This document shows positions 54,672 to 64,000 of a DNA stretch of 64,000 nucleotides, in pieces. Made by a program: the position numbers and the translations under genes. The notes under the pieces are model-generated. The model worked only from the letters and a program-made list of their open reading frames with translations. It made no database searches and had not been told where the DNA came from. The stretch lies in NCBI GenBank assembly GCA_905478415.1, contig CAJQIG010000004.1:75523-139522 (forward strand). Direction: 5' to 3'. Each line of letters begins with the position of its first letter. Within the stretch, counting starts at the first letter, position 1. Source of the DNA: an uncultured Patescibacteria group bacterium. Lineage in GTDB: Bacteria > Patescibacteriota > Microgenomatia > UBA1400 > PJMF01.

Positions 54672-56258
54672 GTGCGACAGCTACTTACCTTTTTCTCTAG
54701 CAAAAAAACTCGTCCCCATGCAGTAGCACTGGTTTGTTTTATAGGTTTTTTTGCCCTCTTTTTTGTTCGCCAGATTAATTTGGTAACCGCTGATCTCGGG
54801 CGCCATATTGTCAACGGCCGAGAAATTCTCTCTGGAATAAACCATTCCGAAGTTTTTTCAACCAACTACTACTCTTATTCTCACCCAGATGCACCCTTCA
54901 TAAATCATCACTGGTTCTATGGCGTCATTGTCTACTCTGTGTATCAGGTTGTGGGTTTTACGGGCCTGAGTCTTTTCAACCTAGTTATAGCCACTCTTGC
55001 TTTTGGACTTATCTTAAGTTGGACATATAAAAAGCATGGCCTCTGGCCCACTCTCTTGAGCGGATTGCTCTCGATTCCCTTGATTACCACTCGAACAGAT
55101 GTTAGACCAGAAACACTCAGTTTACTTGGAGTCGCTCTCTACTTTGTTGTTTTGGATCAATTTGTGCATAAAAAACTTTCTGTATCATGGCTCTGGATTT
55201 TATTGCTCACTACTCAATTGATCTGGCAAAATACTCATTTATTCTTTGTTCTTGGCCTGTTTGAAGTTTTCATCTTCTGGATCTCTGCAATTATCAACAA
55301 AAAACGCCTTGAGATCATACAATTAGGGCTTTTAGGCATTGTCTCAGCCTTAGTGACACTCATCAATCCTAATGGCGTAAACGGGGCCTTGATGCCGTTT
55401 AGAATATTTTCGAGCTACGGCTATGAAGTCTACGAAAACCAACCACTGTTATTCTTGTTGCAACGCTTTCCAACCCCAACATTGATGTACGAACTGCTGT
55501 TTGCAGGTATCGGACTCGTTGGGATCCTTTCTTTTGCCTGGTTCTGCAAGAAAAAAACTACCTCTTTTTTCTATCTAACTACTTTCTTCATAGTACTTGG
55601 GATTGCCACCTTCAAAGTAATCCGCCTCGAGTCATTTTGGGGACTACTTGGTATCCCCTTTAGTGCCGCACTCCTTGCACTCTGGCAACCACAAGCAACT
55701 CGATTTATAGAAACCATTCAAAAAAGACCACTTGTGCTTATGTTCGCTTCGACAGCACTGTTTGGAGTTGTGCTATTGATGATCTGGGCTGGAATTTTCT
55801 TACCCTTTTCTCGACTTCTTGGGCTTGGCCTCATACCAAAATCCACCACATCAGTTGACTTTATCAAAGAAGAGCAACTGAGCGGTCCCATTTTTAATAA
55901 CTATGATATTGGTGGCTTCCTGATCTTTTACCTTTTTCCTGCAGAAAAAGTGTTTGTAGATAATAGGCCAGAAGCATACCCTGTTGATTTTTTTGAAGAA
56001 GAATATCGTGCTCCTCAAAATAAACAAGAACCATGGAAACAACTGGATAAAAAGTATCACTTCAACCTAATTGTTTTCAACCGTCTTGACTACACACCCT
56101 GGGGACAAGCATTCCTGGTAGCACGCATTCAAGATCCAGAGTGGGCACCAATCTTTGTTGATGACCAAGTTATCATTTTCCTCAAAAATACAGACAGGAA
56201 TGTTAGTGAGATCGAACGATTACGACTTCCTGCTGAAATGTTTGGGATACGAAAATGA
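54672..56258 (+). CDS. Polytopic membrane protein (GT-C-like glycosyltransferase candidate)
   Basis: About 12 TM helices with a C-terminal soluble domain; no firm motif. Confidence 0.45.
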   Translation: MRQLLTFFSSKKTRPHAVALVCFIGFFALFFVRQINLVTADLGRHIVNGREILSGINHSEVFSTNYYSYSHPDAPFINHHWFYGVIVYSVYQVVGFTGLSLFNLVIATLAFGLILSWTYKKHGLWPTLLSGLLSIPLITTRTDVRPETLSLLGVALYFVVLDQFVHKKLSVSWLWILLLTTQLIWQNTHLFFVLGLFEVFIFWISAIINKKRLEIIQLGLLGIVSALVTLINPNGVNGALMPFRIFSSYGYEVYENQPLLFLLQRFPTPTLMYELLFAGIGLVGILSFAWFCKKKTTSFFYLTTFFIVLGIATFKVIRLESFWGLLGIPFSAALLALWQPQATRFIETIQKRPLVLMFASTALFGVVLLMIWAGIFLPFSRLLGLGLIPKSTTSVDFIKEEQLSGPIFNNYDIGGFLIFYLFPAEKVFVDNRPEAYPVDFFEEEYRAPQNKQEPWKQLDKKYHFNLIVFNRLDYTPWGQAFLVARIQDPEWAPIFVDDQVIIFLKNTDRNVSEIERLRLPAEMFGIRK

Positions 56259-56277
56259 CGCGCCCTGCGGCGCGTCA
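56256..56277. terminator. GC-rich palindromic hairpin between convergent genes
   Basis: TGACGCGCC-ctgc-GGCGCGTCA. Confidence 0.45.
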
Positions 56278-56307
56278 TTACAACACAAACTGTTTCTCCC
56301 TCTTCCT

Positions 56308-57033
56308 TTATTCCTCCACTGGCAATGCATCTGGTTCTGCCATCAGCTCTTCGAGCCGCTCCTCAACCGACAGCAACTCTTCCTCATTTTCATCTTCTGG
56401 GTATTTCTCAGCCTTATGAATCAGCCAAGCTTCCCAAACAAGGGCAGCGCCAATCAGCATCGGAATTGCACCCCAAATCAAATAGGGCATGGGTGCAACT
56501 ACTGTCCAGGCAAACGAAAAAAGGACCATGGCCCAGGAGTTATAGTTCCTGTTCCAAGCAACCATTTTTTTATTGGTGATCACCAAAGTGCGGACTAGTA
56601 CATAGTACGCAACAGTGATTACTGTCACCAACGTCATCATCTGCAAAGTTAGTGGCCAACCTAAAAACAAGCCAACAATGACCCGCAGGTACCCTACAGG
56701 GACAGACAACAGCAAACTCCATTTGTAGGTCATTTCTAAAAGCGTGAGCTCTGCAGCGTCGCGCATCGAGTCCATTGACCAAAAAATCTCAAAAAGAGTA
56801 ATTAACAAGACTAAATAGATCAGTCCTACCGCTATAAAACCAAACAAGGCAGTTGTAGTTAAAAACCAACCATACAGAAACCAGATGGCAGGTATTCCAA
56901 CGACAACTCCTAAAAAGCGAAACAAAGTAGAATCAAAGAGATTCTTGAAATTGGGCATGTAAGCTCCTTTTCCTTTTGGGAAAAACAATCTGTTAAAGAA
57001 AACCGCGAAACTTCCCACGATGGGAGTCCGCAA
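56308..57033 (-). CDS. Hypothetical polytopic membrane protein
   Basis: Six predicted TM helices; acidic C-terminus. Confidence 0.45.
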   Translation of the reverse strand: MRTPIVGSFAVFFNRLFFPKGKGAYMPNFKNLFDSTLFRFLGVVVGIPAIWFLYGWFLTTTALFGFIAVGLIYLVLLITLFEIFWSMDSMRDAAELTLLEMTYKWSLLLSVPVGYLRVIVGLFLGWPLTLQMMTLVTVITVAYYVLVRTLVITNKKMVAWNRNYNSWAMVLFSFAWTVVAPMPYLIWGAIPMLIGAALVWEAWLIHKAEKYPEDENEEELLSVEERLEELMAEPDALPVEE

Positions 57034-57120
57034 CTAATATCTAACTGGAGATTATACTATGGGATTTATGAAAACGCAAAAAGACGCCTCACAATGGAAG
57101 CGTCTTTATATAATTGGCAA

Positions 57121-57630
57121 TTATCGACGAATGCGGCCACGCACTTGGCTGAGCAGCAACTCAACCTGTACACGGCGCATCTCCATCACAATCCGGGGAT
57201 AAATGCTAAAGGGCAATGCCCCTAAAATGAATATAATTGCCCCCACGATGGCAAGTAACATTGATGGGGGGAAGACTATTAAAAGTAGTCCCATTCCCAT
57301 CAGGAAACCCGGATTAATCGAGGTAATAAAGAATCTCAGTTCCTCATCACCCCAAACGTTTCCAGATCCAAACTGCCAAAGCCAAATAGCTCCTGCCCAA
57401 ATTAATGGGATCAGCATCAGGGGGGTATCCAACAGCACCGTCAAAATAGCTATAACAGGAACTGAATACTTCATAACCTCTTTCACCGCTGGTTTCAAAT
57501 TTGAATCCAACAACGCCCAACGTTGGTCCGGGCGCATTTTTTCAAGATCGAGTTCATTCACGTCATCCATCAAAAACCTCCAATTTATTAAAAAACAGCA
57601 ACCAAGCTTCGCGTTTGAGGCAAGTTGCAT
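57121..57630 (-). CDS. Hypothetical membrane protein
   Basis: Four TM helices. Confidence 0.45.
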   Translation of the reverse strand: MQLASNAKLGCCFLINWRFLMDDVNELDLEKMRPDQRWALLDSNLKPAVKEVMKYSVPVIAILTVLLDTPLMLIPLIWAGAIWLWQFGSGNVWGDEELRFFITSINPGFLMGMGLLLIVFPPSMLLAIVGAIIFILGALPFSIYPRIVMEMRRVQVELLLSQVRGRIRR

Positions 57631-57687
57631 AACAATAAAAATTGCTCACTCATTATATTATAGGATTAAAATAAAGTCAAGAAAAAG

Positions 57688-57709
57688 GGCGCTGGTGTTA
57701 GCAGCGCCC
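57688..57709 (-). terminator. Candidate minus-strand intrinsic terminator at the end of a long non-coding region
   Basis: GGGCGCTG-gtgtta-CAGCGCCC followed on the minus strand by CTTTTTC. Confidence 0.4.
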
Positions 57710-58198
57710 GTATAAAAAAACAAAAAATGTACTTTGAGCAAGTAGTGAGGTACGTTACCTCACAGGAGAGTCACGGCTCATATTCAAATCATCTCCTAAA
57801 TATTAGTAGATAGAAATTTTCCTGGAACAAACAAAGTTATTTAAATCACATCATAGGCAGGCACCTCCACAGTGAGCTCGTCTGTTCTCAGACGGAGAAG
57901 TGTGGATCACCCCCTTTTGCATGAATTTTTATAGCGCTCATAGTTTGCTCCTTCCTCCTCAACTTTTTAGTAAAAGTCGGATAGGATGTTGAGGAAGAAA
58001 AAAGGCACACCAGCACGACCAGTATACCTTTATGCTTCCCCAACACTATGGTTGAAAAAGAGAATGCATATTTTTTATTCTTAACGATCAGTTATAAAGA
58101 AAAGAAATCGAGTTATATCAACCTTTTTCTTTACAACACAAGTAACGAAAGATTATAGCACACAAAAAATCTACTTCAATACATCTTGGTTACACATC

Positions 58199-59884
58199 TT
58201 ATAAGATTCGTTTGAAGAGTTTATGAAGATCATGCATTTCCAAATCTATATAGACTGGTCGACCATGAGGGCAAGTAAACTGTGTTTTTGTAGAGAACAG
58301 TTTTTCGAGTAATCGCCTTCTCTCATCTTGCGCTAGTGGTTCTCCGGCTTTAATAGCAGTTCTACAAGCCAGGAAAGCTAACGTTCTATGGGTGGTACTA
58401 TCAAGTTCTGAGATTTCTCTATCCGAAAGTAGATCTGCAGCAAACTCAGAAAAAAGTTCGGTGAAATTTCGACCAGAAAAAAGAGTTGGGACCGCTTTGA
58501 CTTTAATTGCATCACCAAGGAACTGTAATAAAAAACCCATTTCCTGCAGAATGGCTTGCTTTTCAGAAAGGGCTGCGAACTCTTCAGTTGAAAGTGTGAC
58601 TGTAACCTGAGGACGAACCTTCGTCACCAGCTGTGACTTTTTAGCTTCAAACGCTTCCAAAAATTGTTGATATAAAATCCGCTCATGGGCAGCATGCTGA
58701 TCAATAATGACAATACCATGGGATGTTTGCGCTATCAGGTACAAATTATGAACTTGTAAAATTTCGGCCGAATCATCAAGTGAAAAATCCTTGACAGTCC
58801 ATGGATCAATGTCTGATCGAAGAACCGAAGCCGTCACTGGCTCCATAGTTTTAGTCCGAAGCAGAGCCTCAAAACCTTGGCCATGACTGGTATAGTGCAA
58901 ATCTTCGCGCTCGAGCACTTCGACAACAGCCTGCTGCACTAAAGTTCTCACAGCTGTCTCGTTGTAGAACGTGACCGTATCTTTTTTAGGATTTACATTC
59001 ACATCAACCATTTCCTGTGGCAGTGTCAGATACAGAATAAAAACAGGAAATGACCGAGGTTCGAGCAGTGTTCCATAGGCATCCTTTACAACTTTGGCAA
59101 GATCTGACCGATGTGTGGGTCGACCATTGATGAATAAAAACTGTCTGTGACTTCCCTTGTTAGCCAGTTGGGGAGCTCCCAGAAAACCAGCTACTGTGTA
59201 ATGCTGATCACTATATTCAAAAGGAAATAAAACTCCCGAGTGTAACCGTAAGACAGCAGCTATACGTTCTTCTGGAGTTTGGGCTGGGACATCAATAACT
59301 GTTTTTGTGTTATGAATGAGCGAAAACGCCACTTCAGGATGAACCAAAATCAGCGGAACAACTACCGAGAGAATCTTCTTCTGCTCTGTTGCCTCTGATT
59401 TCAAGAATTTTTTTCGGGCTGGAGTTGCTTCAAATAGTTTCGTTACAGTCACGCTTGTTCCTGGTGACATACCCACTTGAGTCACTGCTCCCAATTTCCC
59501 CTGCGTCACCGTCAGCTGAGAACCAATTTTTTCTTCAGCCACTCGGCTTGCCAAGGTGACTGCAGCTACAGTCGCCATACTTGCTAGCGCTTCTCCTCGA
59601 AACCCAAAAGAAAGTAACTGCGCCAAGTCTTCGACCGTTGCAATTTTACTGGTACTCTGTGGTTGAACTGCCAATGACAATTCTTCCGAGTACATACCAC
59701 AGCCGTTATCGGCAACCGTGATTCTATGTGTTCCACCTTTTTCTAAAATAATATCTATAGCAGTTGCCCCGGCATCCAAAGCATTTTCTACAAGCTCTTT
59801 CACTACCGAAGCTGGGTTCTCAATCACCTGGCCAGCCGCAATTTGAGCTTTGAGATCAGCTGAAAGTTCTTTAATGCGAATCAT
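58199..59884 (-). CDS. mutL: DNA mismatch repair protein MutL
   Basis: GHKL ATPase N-terminus (ELVENALDAGAT, DNGCGM) and C-terminal dimerisation domain. Confidence 0.9.
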   Translation of the reverse strand: MIRIKELSADLKAQIAAGQVIENPASVVKELVENALDAGATAIDIILEKGGTHRITVADNGCGMYSEELSLAVQPQSTSKIATVEDLAQLLSFGFRGEALASMATVAAVTLASRVAEEKIGSQLTVTQGKLGAVTQVGMSPGTSVTVTKLFEATPARKKFLKSEATEQKKILSVVVPLILVHPEVAFSLIHNTKTVIDVPAQTPEERIAAVLRLHSGVLFPFEYSDQHYTVAGFLGAPQLANKGSHRQFLFINGRPTHRSDLAKVVKDAYGTLLEPRSFPVFILYLTLPQEMVDVNVNPKKDTVTFYNETAVRTLVQQAVVEVLEREDLHYTSHGQGFEALLRTKTMEPVTASVLRSDIDPWTVKDFSLDDSAEILQVHNLYLIAQTSHGIVIIDQHAAHERILYQQFLEAFEAKKSQLVTKVRPQVTVTLSTEEFAALSEKQAILQEMGFLLQFLGDAIKVKAVPTLFSGRNFTELFSEFAADLLSDREISELDSTTHRTLAFLACRTAIKAGEPLAQDERRRLLEKLFSTKTQFTCPHGRPVYIDLEMHDLHKLFKRIL

Positions 59885-59893
59885 ACTAGTACC

Positions 59894-62482
59894 CTACACC
59901 TTTTTTTTGAGCTCCTCAAGAAGTTGTAAGGCTTCGAGCGGAGTACAGGAATCAAGGTCAGTAGTTTTTAGAATCCTCACCACTTCACTCACCCCAGAAA
60001 CTTTTGTATCTAAATCACTTGGCACTACAGAAACAGTCTGAGCAGCTTGTGCTTCAAGCTCAACTAACAGGACCTCAGCCCGTTTGGTAACTTCTGGTGG
60101 GACACCAGCCATTTTAGCAACTGCTACACCAAAACTGTGAGAAGCTCCTCCTTCAAGCACTGTATGTAAGAAGGTTGGTGGATCCGTGGTATCGTCGATC
60201 GCTACATGTACATTTTTAATACTCTTTTTAAAAACCTTTTCGAGTTGTTGGAGTTCGTGGTAATGAGTTGCAAACAAGGTCTTTGGTTTTGAGTCGGTAG
60301 ATGAAACTAAGTATTCAGCAATTGCCCATGCAATACTAATACCATCGTAGGTGCTAGTACCACGACCAATTTCATCCATAATAATCAGGCTTTTGCTGGT
60401 TGCATGGCGTAAAATGGTGGCGGCTTCGACCATCTCCACCATAAAAGTAGACATGCCCGAAGTAATAAAATCTGAAGCCCCACTCCGCACAAAGATACGG
60501 TCGACTACACTAATTTGAGCTTCTCGGGCAGGCACAAAGCTCCCAATATGCGCTAATAAAACGATGAGAGCAACCTGACGCATATAGACTGACTTACCGG
60601 CCATATTTGGGCCAGTGATGAGGAGCAGCTGATGATCACTGGCATTCAAAAAGGTATCATTGGGCACAAACTGACCTCGCTCCTGAATGGTTTCAACAAC
60701 CGGATGACGACCAGCAGTTATCTTAATTTCATCACTCAAGCCAACCACGGGTTTGCAGTAACGTTTTTCGACTGCATTTTGAGCGAAGGCGAGTAAACAA
60801 TCAAGCTCTGCAATCGAGACAGCCGCAGTTTGCATAACTACCAGATAGGTGAGTACTTTCTCCACAACTTCTGCAAAAAGAGCTACTTCTAAGGTTTCTA
60901 TCTTTTCTTCTGCTGTTACAATTCTCTCTTCGTATTTTTTAAGCTCAGGGGTGATGAAACGCTCCCCGTTTACGAGTGTTTGCTTGCGATCGTACTCACC
61001 CGGAACTAAATGAACATACGATTTACTGACTTCAATATAGTAGCCAAAGACTTTGTTACTTTTCACTTTCAGCGACGTAATACCTGTTTTCTCCCGCTCA
61101 GTTTTTTCAAACTCTAGTATCCAATCGGTATCTCCTTTTTTTAGTGCGTATAATTCGTCTAACTCTTTACTTATGCCACGAGCAATAACGCCACCCTTTT
61201 TGACATCGACTCGTGGATCTTCTAACAAATGCGTATCTAAGTAGGTGACTAATTCTGAAAGTTGTTCTGAGAGTCCTTCGCAAGATTCTTGAATATGAGC
61301 TGCAGCACAGGTCTCTAAGTTAGTTTTGACTTCGAGCATATGAGCCAAGGAATGTTTTAGTCGAATGAGCTCTGGAGGAATTCCCAAACCTACTGAAAAA
61401 CGAGAAATACTTCGTTCAACATCATGTATTTGGGAAATTGTTTTTTGAGTCTTCTCTCTGAGTTGTTGGTTTTGTGCTAACTCTTCGACAGCTTGCAAAC
61501 GACGACCAATAGCTTTTTTTGTCACTAGTGGCTCTACTATCCAACGACGTACCATCCGAGCTCCTAGTGCGCTCTTAGTTGTGTCAAGAGTGTCTAAGAG
61601 TGAACCTTTAGCTCCGCCTTCCCTAATAGTTTTGAATAGCTCTAAATTAGAAATAGTTGAACGATCGAGCACAACTGCATGCCCCGCTGCTAGTTGTCCT
61701 GGAGCCTGTAAATGCACTACCGTCGTCTTTTGAGTTGTCGTCACATATCCAAGCAATGCGGCTGCCGCCACTTGAGCTTGAATTTTTTTTTCAATTCCAA
61801 AACCAGATAGTGTGGCAACTTTAAAGTGCTCTTTTAAATATGATCTAGCATCAGTTGTGTACTGTTCCCACTCGTGAAATACTGTCAAATTGCAGTCTTG
61901 GTAGTCCGTAAAAAAAGATATAACTTCATACTGAGCATAGTCATCTTTAGCTAAAATAACCTCTCGAGGTTCGTATGTCAAAATAATAGTATCAAGCTCT
62001 TTCTTCCATGTGGCTACTGGAAATTCAGATGTGTAAAAACTACCTGTCGAAATATCTGCCAGTGCACACCCCACCCATTTTTTACCAATCGAGACGGCAC
62101 AGACATAATTATTTTTGCGGGCATGGAGTGACGCATCACTCATAACCGTGCCGGGCGTTACTACTCTAACTACTTCCCGTTCGACAATACCTTTTTTATT
62201 TGGCTCAGACATTTGCTCGCAGATAGCAACTTTGTAACCGGCTGCAACTAACTTTGCCAAATAAGAATCGGCAGCATGAAATGGTACACCTGCCATAGGC
62301 ACATGACCATCTTTGCCTCTAGGCCGAGCAGTGAGTGTAATACCTAATACCCGAGCACCAAGCTCTGCATCTTCCAAAAAAAGTTCGTAAAAATCTCCTA
62401 ATCTGAAAAAAAGCAAACAATCGGGATACTGACGTTTAATCTCCAGATACTGTTGCATCATGGGAGTCTGAAATTCTCGCAT
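59894..62482 (-). CDS. mutS: DNA mismatch repair protein MutS
   Basis: Walker A GPNMAGKS and MDEIGRGTST; 862 aa. Confidence 0.93.
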   Translation of the reverse strand: MREFQTPMMQQYLEIKRQYPDCLLFFRLGDFYELFLEDAELGARVLGITLTARPRGKDGHVPMAGVPFHAADSYLAKLVAAGYKVAICEQMSEPNKKGIVEREVVRVVTPGTVMSDASLHARKNNYVCAVSIGKKWVGCALADISTGSFYTSEFPVATWKKELDTIILTYEPREVILAKDDYAQYEVISFFTDYQDCNLTVFHEWEQYTTDARSYLKEHFKVATLSGFGIEKKIQAQVAAAALLGYVTTTQKTTVVHLQAPGQLAAGHAVVLDRSTISNLELFKTIREGGAKGSLLDTLDTTKSALGARMVRRWIVEPLVTKKAIGRRLQAVEELAQNQQLREKTQKTISQIHDVERSISRFSVGLGIPPELIRLKHSLAHMLEVKTNLETCAAAHIQESCEGLSEQLSELVTYLDTHLLEDPRVDVKKGGVIARGISKELDELYALKKGDTDWILEFEKTEREKTGITSLKVKSNKVFGYYIEVSKSYVHLVPGEYDRKQTLVNGERFITPELKKYEERIVTAEEKIETLEVALFAEVVEKVLTYLVVMQTAAVSIAELDCLLAFAQNAVEKRYCKPVVGLSDEIKITAGRHPVVETIQERGQFVPNDTFLNASDHQLLLITGPNMAGKSVYMRQVALIVLLAHIGSFVPAREAQISVVDRIFVRSGASDFITSGMSTFMVEMVEAATILRHATSKSLIIMDEIGRGTSTYDGISIAWAIAEYLVSSTDSKPKTLFATHYHELQQLEKVFKKSIKNVHVAIDDTTDPPTFLHTVLEGGASHSFGVAVAKMAGVPPEVTKRAEVLLVELEAQAAQTVSVVPSDLDTKVSGVSEVVRILKTTDLDSCTPLEALQLLEELKKKV

Positions 62483-62570
62483 ACGTACTTCACTATAGCA
62501 GGTTCTTTTAGAAGAGAAAGAGAAAAAGTTCTAAAAAGTAGGTCTTAAAAATAGCTCGTAGTGTATCTTG

Positions 62571-63302
62571 TTACTCAACCGCCATTACGTGAGTACTTCC
62601 ATTAGGATATACTCTGATTTCGCAGACTTCTTTTCCAGGAAATTGTTGTTCTAAAGTTGTCATAAAATGTTCGAGCCAGAATCTATCACAGAGCTGACTT
62701 CTTATCGGTAAAATACTAGTAAAGTACTGATAAAGGTGCGCAAAGTGAGTCGTATAGAGTTGATCAACATCACTTTCTAATTTTCTTGCATGCACCGACC
62801 GTTTTGTCTGTACCGAATAATGATCAGAGCCAAACAGTATTCGAACATGTAATGCATTCTTTTGTAACTCAACATGCTCTAAATGAACTAATACTAATTT
62901 GTCTTTTTGATCCAAGATAAAAGTATCTATCATATTTTGCTGTTTGCTATCTGTAATATCAGCAACAGGTAACCATGGCAGAGATGTTTGTTTCCTGTTC
63001 ATTCCTCCGCTAGCCACCCTCAAGATAACTCCTGGATGTTCACCTAATTCAGCACAGTGCAACTCTAACAAAGCATCTAAACTGCGCTTGAGATTTCCAT
63101 GAATCAACGCATCACTACTTGCCTGGTTAGCCACAACGACTGCAGTTGGTAATGAACAAAAGCCAAGTTGATGGAGTTGTATCCGGGAGACTGCCTTAGG
63201 CGTTAAATCCCGCTCAGATATATCGTGAGAACAAAGAAGCGCTGGATACTTCTCAGTAAGCACAAAAGGCTCGTGCCTTTTTTTTTCAAAATGCATAACC
63301 AT
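62571..63302 (-). CDS. Hypothetical protein
   Basis: No confident motif. Confidence 0.35.
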   Translation of the reverse strand: MVMHFEKKRHEPFVLTEKYPALLCSHDISERDLTPKAVSRIQLHQLGFCSLPTAVVVANQASSDALIHGNLKRSLDALLELHCAELGEHPGVILRVASGGMNRKQTSLPWLPVADITDSKQQNMIDTFILDQKDKLVLVHLEHVELQKNALHVRILFGSDHYSVQTKRSVHARKLESDVDQLYTTHFAHLYQYFTSILPIRSQLCDRFWLEHFMTTLEQQFPGKEVCEIRVYPNGSTHVMAVE

Positions 63303-63544
63303 ACCCCTAACAAACCCCTACTTATTAAGTGAGCTTATACTCACCACAACGCATTGTAACCCATACATCCATCTATATCAAATTGCAACAAAATATTTAC
63401 TTTTATTTTTCGATTAATATTCCATAGTATTGAAGTAAGTGAGTTTTTAAGATATAATACCTCGATACAGAAAAAAATATGTGCTCAGATAGGGTTAGAA
63501 TAACCTACTAACTGAGCGCAGTCGCTATTTAATAAAGGAGAAGA

Positions 63545-63775
63545 ATGATGCATCCCTTCTGGGAAGTTGTTCTAACATGGTTATTGATGAAAGTCCTGTT
63601 GTTTGGAACAGGCCTGATTGCCGGAGTAATTGTTGCTCTCCTTGGATCCTGGATCCAAGGAATCTTGATTGTTCTAGTTTTTATTGGATCAATCTTGGCA
63701 TGCTGGACACTATTGCAGCATACCTTTGCTGAAAGGAGTATTTTCATAGGCATAATAATTTCTCTACTTATATAA
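63545..63775 (+). CDS. Small 2-TM membrane protein
   Basis: Two hydrophobic helices. Confidence 0.3.
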   Translation: MMHPFWEVVLTWLLMKVLLFGTGLIAGVIVALLGSWIQGILIVLVFIGSILACWTLLQHTFAERSIFIGIIISLLI

Positions 63776-63800
63776 ATTTTACAATCAAAGGAGACACCCA

Positions 63801-64000
63801 ATGAGTAAGGTTTGGCAAAAAATTATAGTAGGCTTCATCTCTGGAGTAGGCTTAACAAAAATAGCCCAAGTACTACTGGCTGGAATTTATTTCTTGCTGT
63901 TCGGAACCACAGCCTTTACCGGGACTGCTGGCCTTCTAGCAGCAACAGTACTATTGTTAGTACCACCCATAGTGGCGGTACTCATCCTCAATCGACATAT
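63801..64000 (+). CDS. Small membrane protein, partial (runs off window end)
   Basis: ATG preceded by AAAGGAG; hydrophobic; truncated by the window edge. Confidence 0.3.
   Translation, partial: MSKVWQKIIVGFISGVGLTKIAQVLLAGIYFLLFGTTAFTGTAGLLAATVLLLVPPIVAVLILNRH

Noticed and set aside
54653-54865. 70-aa minus-strand ORF
   Set aside because: Overlaps the start of the polytopic membrane protein gene and the MazG stop; no RBS or motif.
57841-58030. Possible SRP RNA or RNase P RNA (a CACGACCAGT 10-mer matches E. coli M1 RNA; AAAGTCGGA resembles the P4 strand)
   Set aside because: The surrounding conserved blocks (GGUAAGAGCGCACC, ACAGAACCCGGCUUA, the SRP GGAA tetraloop context) are absent. Kept only as a generic ncRNA candidate.
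1-64000. CRISPR arrays, rRNA genes, additional tRNAs
   Set aside because: No regularly spaced direct repeats and no rRNA-like conserved blocks were seen. Only one tRNA fold was found by eye, and a covariance-model scan could find others.

Overview
This is an AT-rich (~40% GC) bacterial window, densely coded with short intergenic spacers and many small proteins. The gene set (DUF5679, DUF1059, dockerin-like esterase) is compatible with a small-genome, CPR/Patescibacteria-like organism, but that is inference only. Housekeeping genes recognised from the ORF track: OmpR-type response regulator plus the N-terminus of its sensor kinase, typA/bipA, bcp, a copper-resistance operon (copZ, DsbD_2-cupredoxin membrane protein, copA, ArsR-YHS regulator), a DEAD-box helicase, two ABC-F ATPases, hflX, rpoD, gdhA, trxB-trxA behind a CsoR/CstR-like repressor with an operator palindrome, dnaG, mutL-mutS, three ATP-grasp ligases, tandem S51 peptidases, and an ars-like ArsR-thioredoxin-ArsP operon. 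One tRNA-Asn(GTT) was folded by hand on the minus strand at 42175-42249. The most notable region is a probable integrated island at about 34.4-42.2 kb. It ends at tRNA-Asn next to a large serine recombinase. It carries a four-gene ubiquitin-like conjugation cassette on the minus strand: a tandem beta-rich repeat protein, a Cys/His zinc-binding protein, a JAB/JAMM-E1(ThiF) fusion, and a Ubl-E2/UEV-like fusion with no cysteine. This cassette is transcribed divergently from an XRE-HTH plus ImmA/IrrE-metallopeptidase pair (CapH/CapP-like), and paired palindromic operators sit in the shared promoter region. It resembles the bacterial E1/E2/JAB anti-phage conjugation systems (Bil-like, 6E-like, CBASS Cap2/Cap3 logic) but in an unusual fused, possibly non-canonical arrangement. 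No CRISPR array or rRNA was seen. Several intrinsic terminators and candidate operators are listed. Coordinates of non-CDS features come from hand inspection and are approximate to a few nt.
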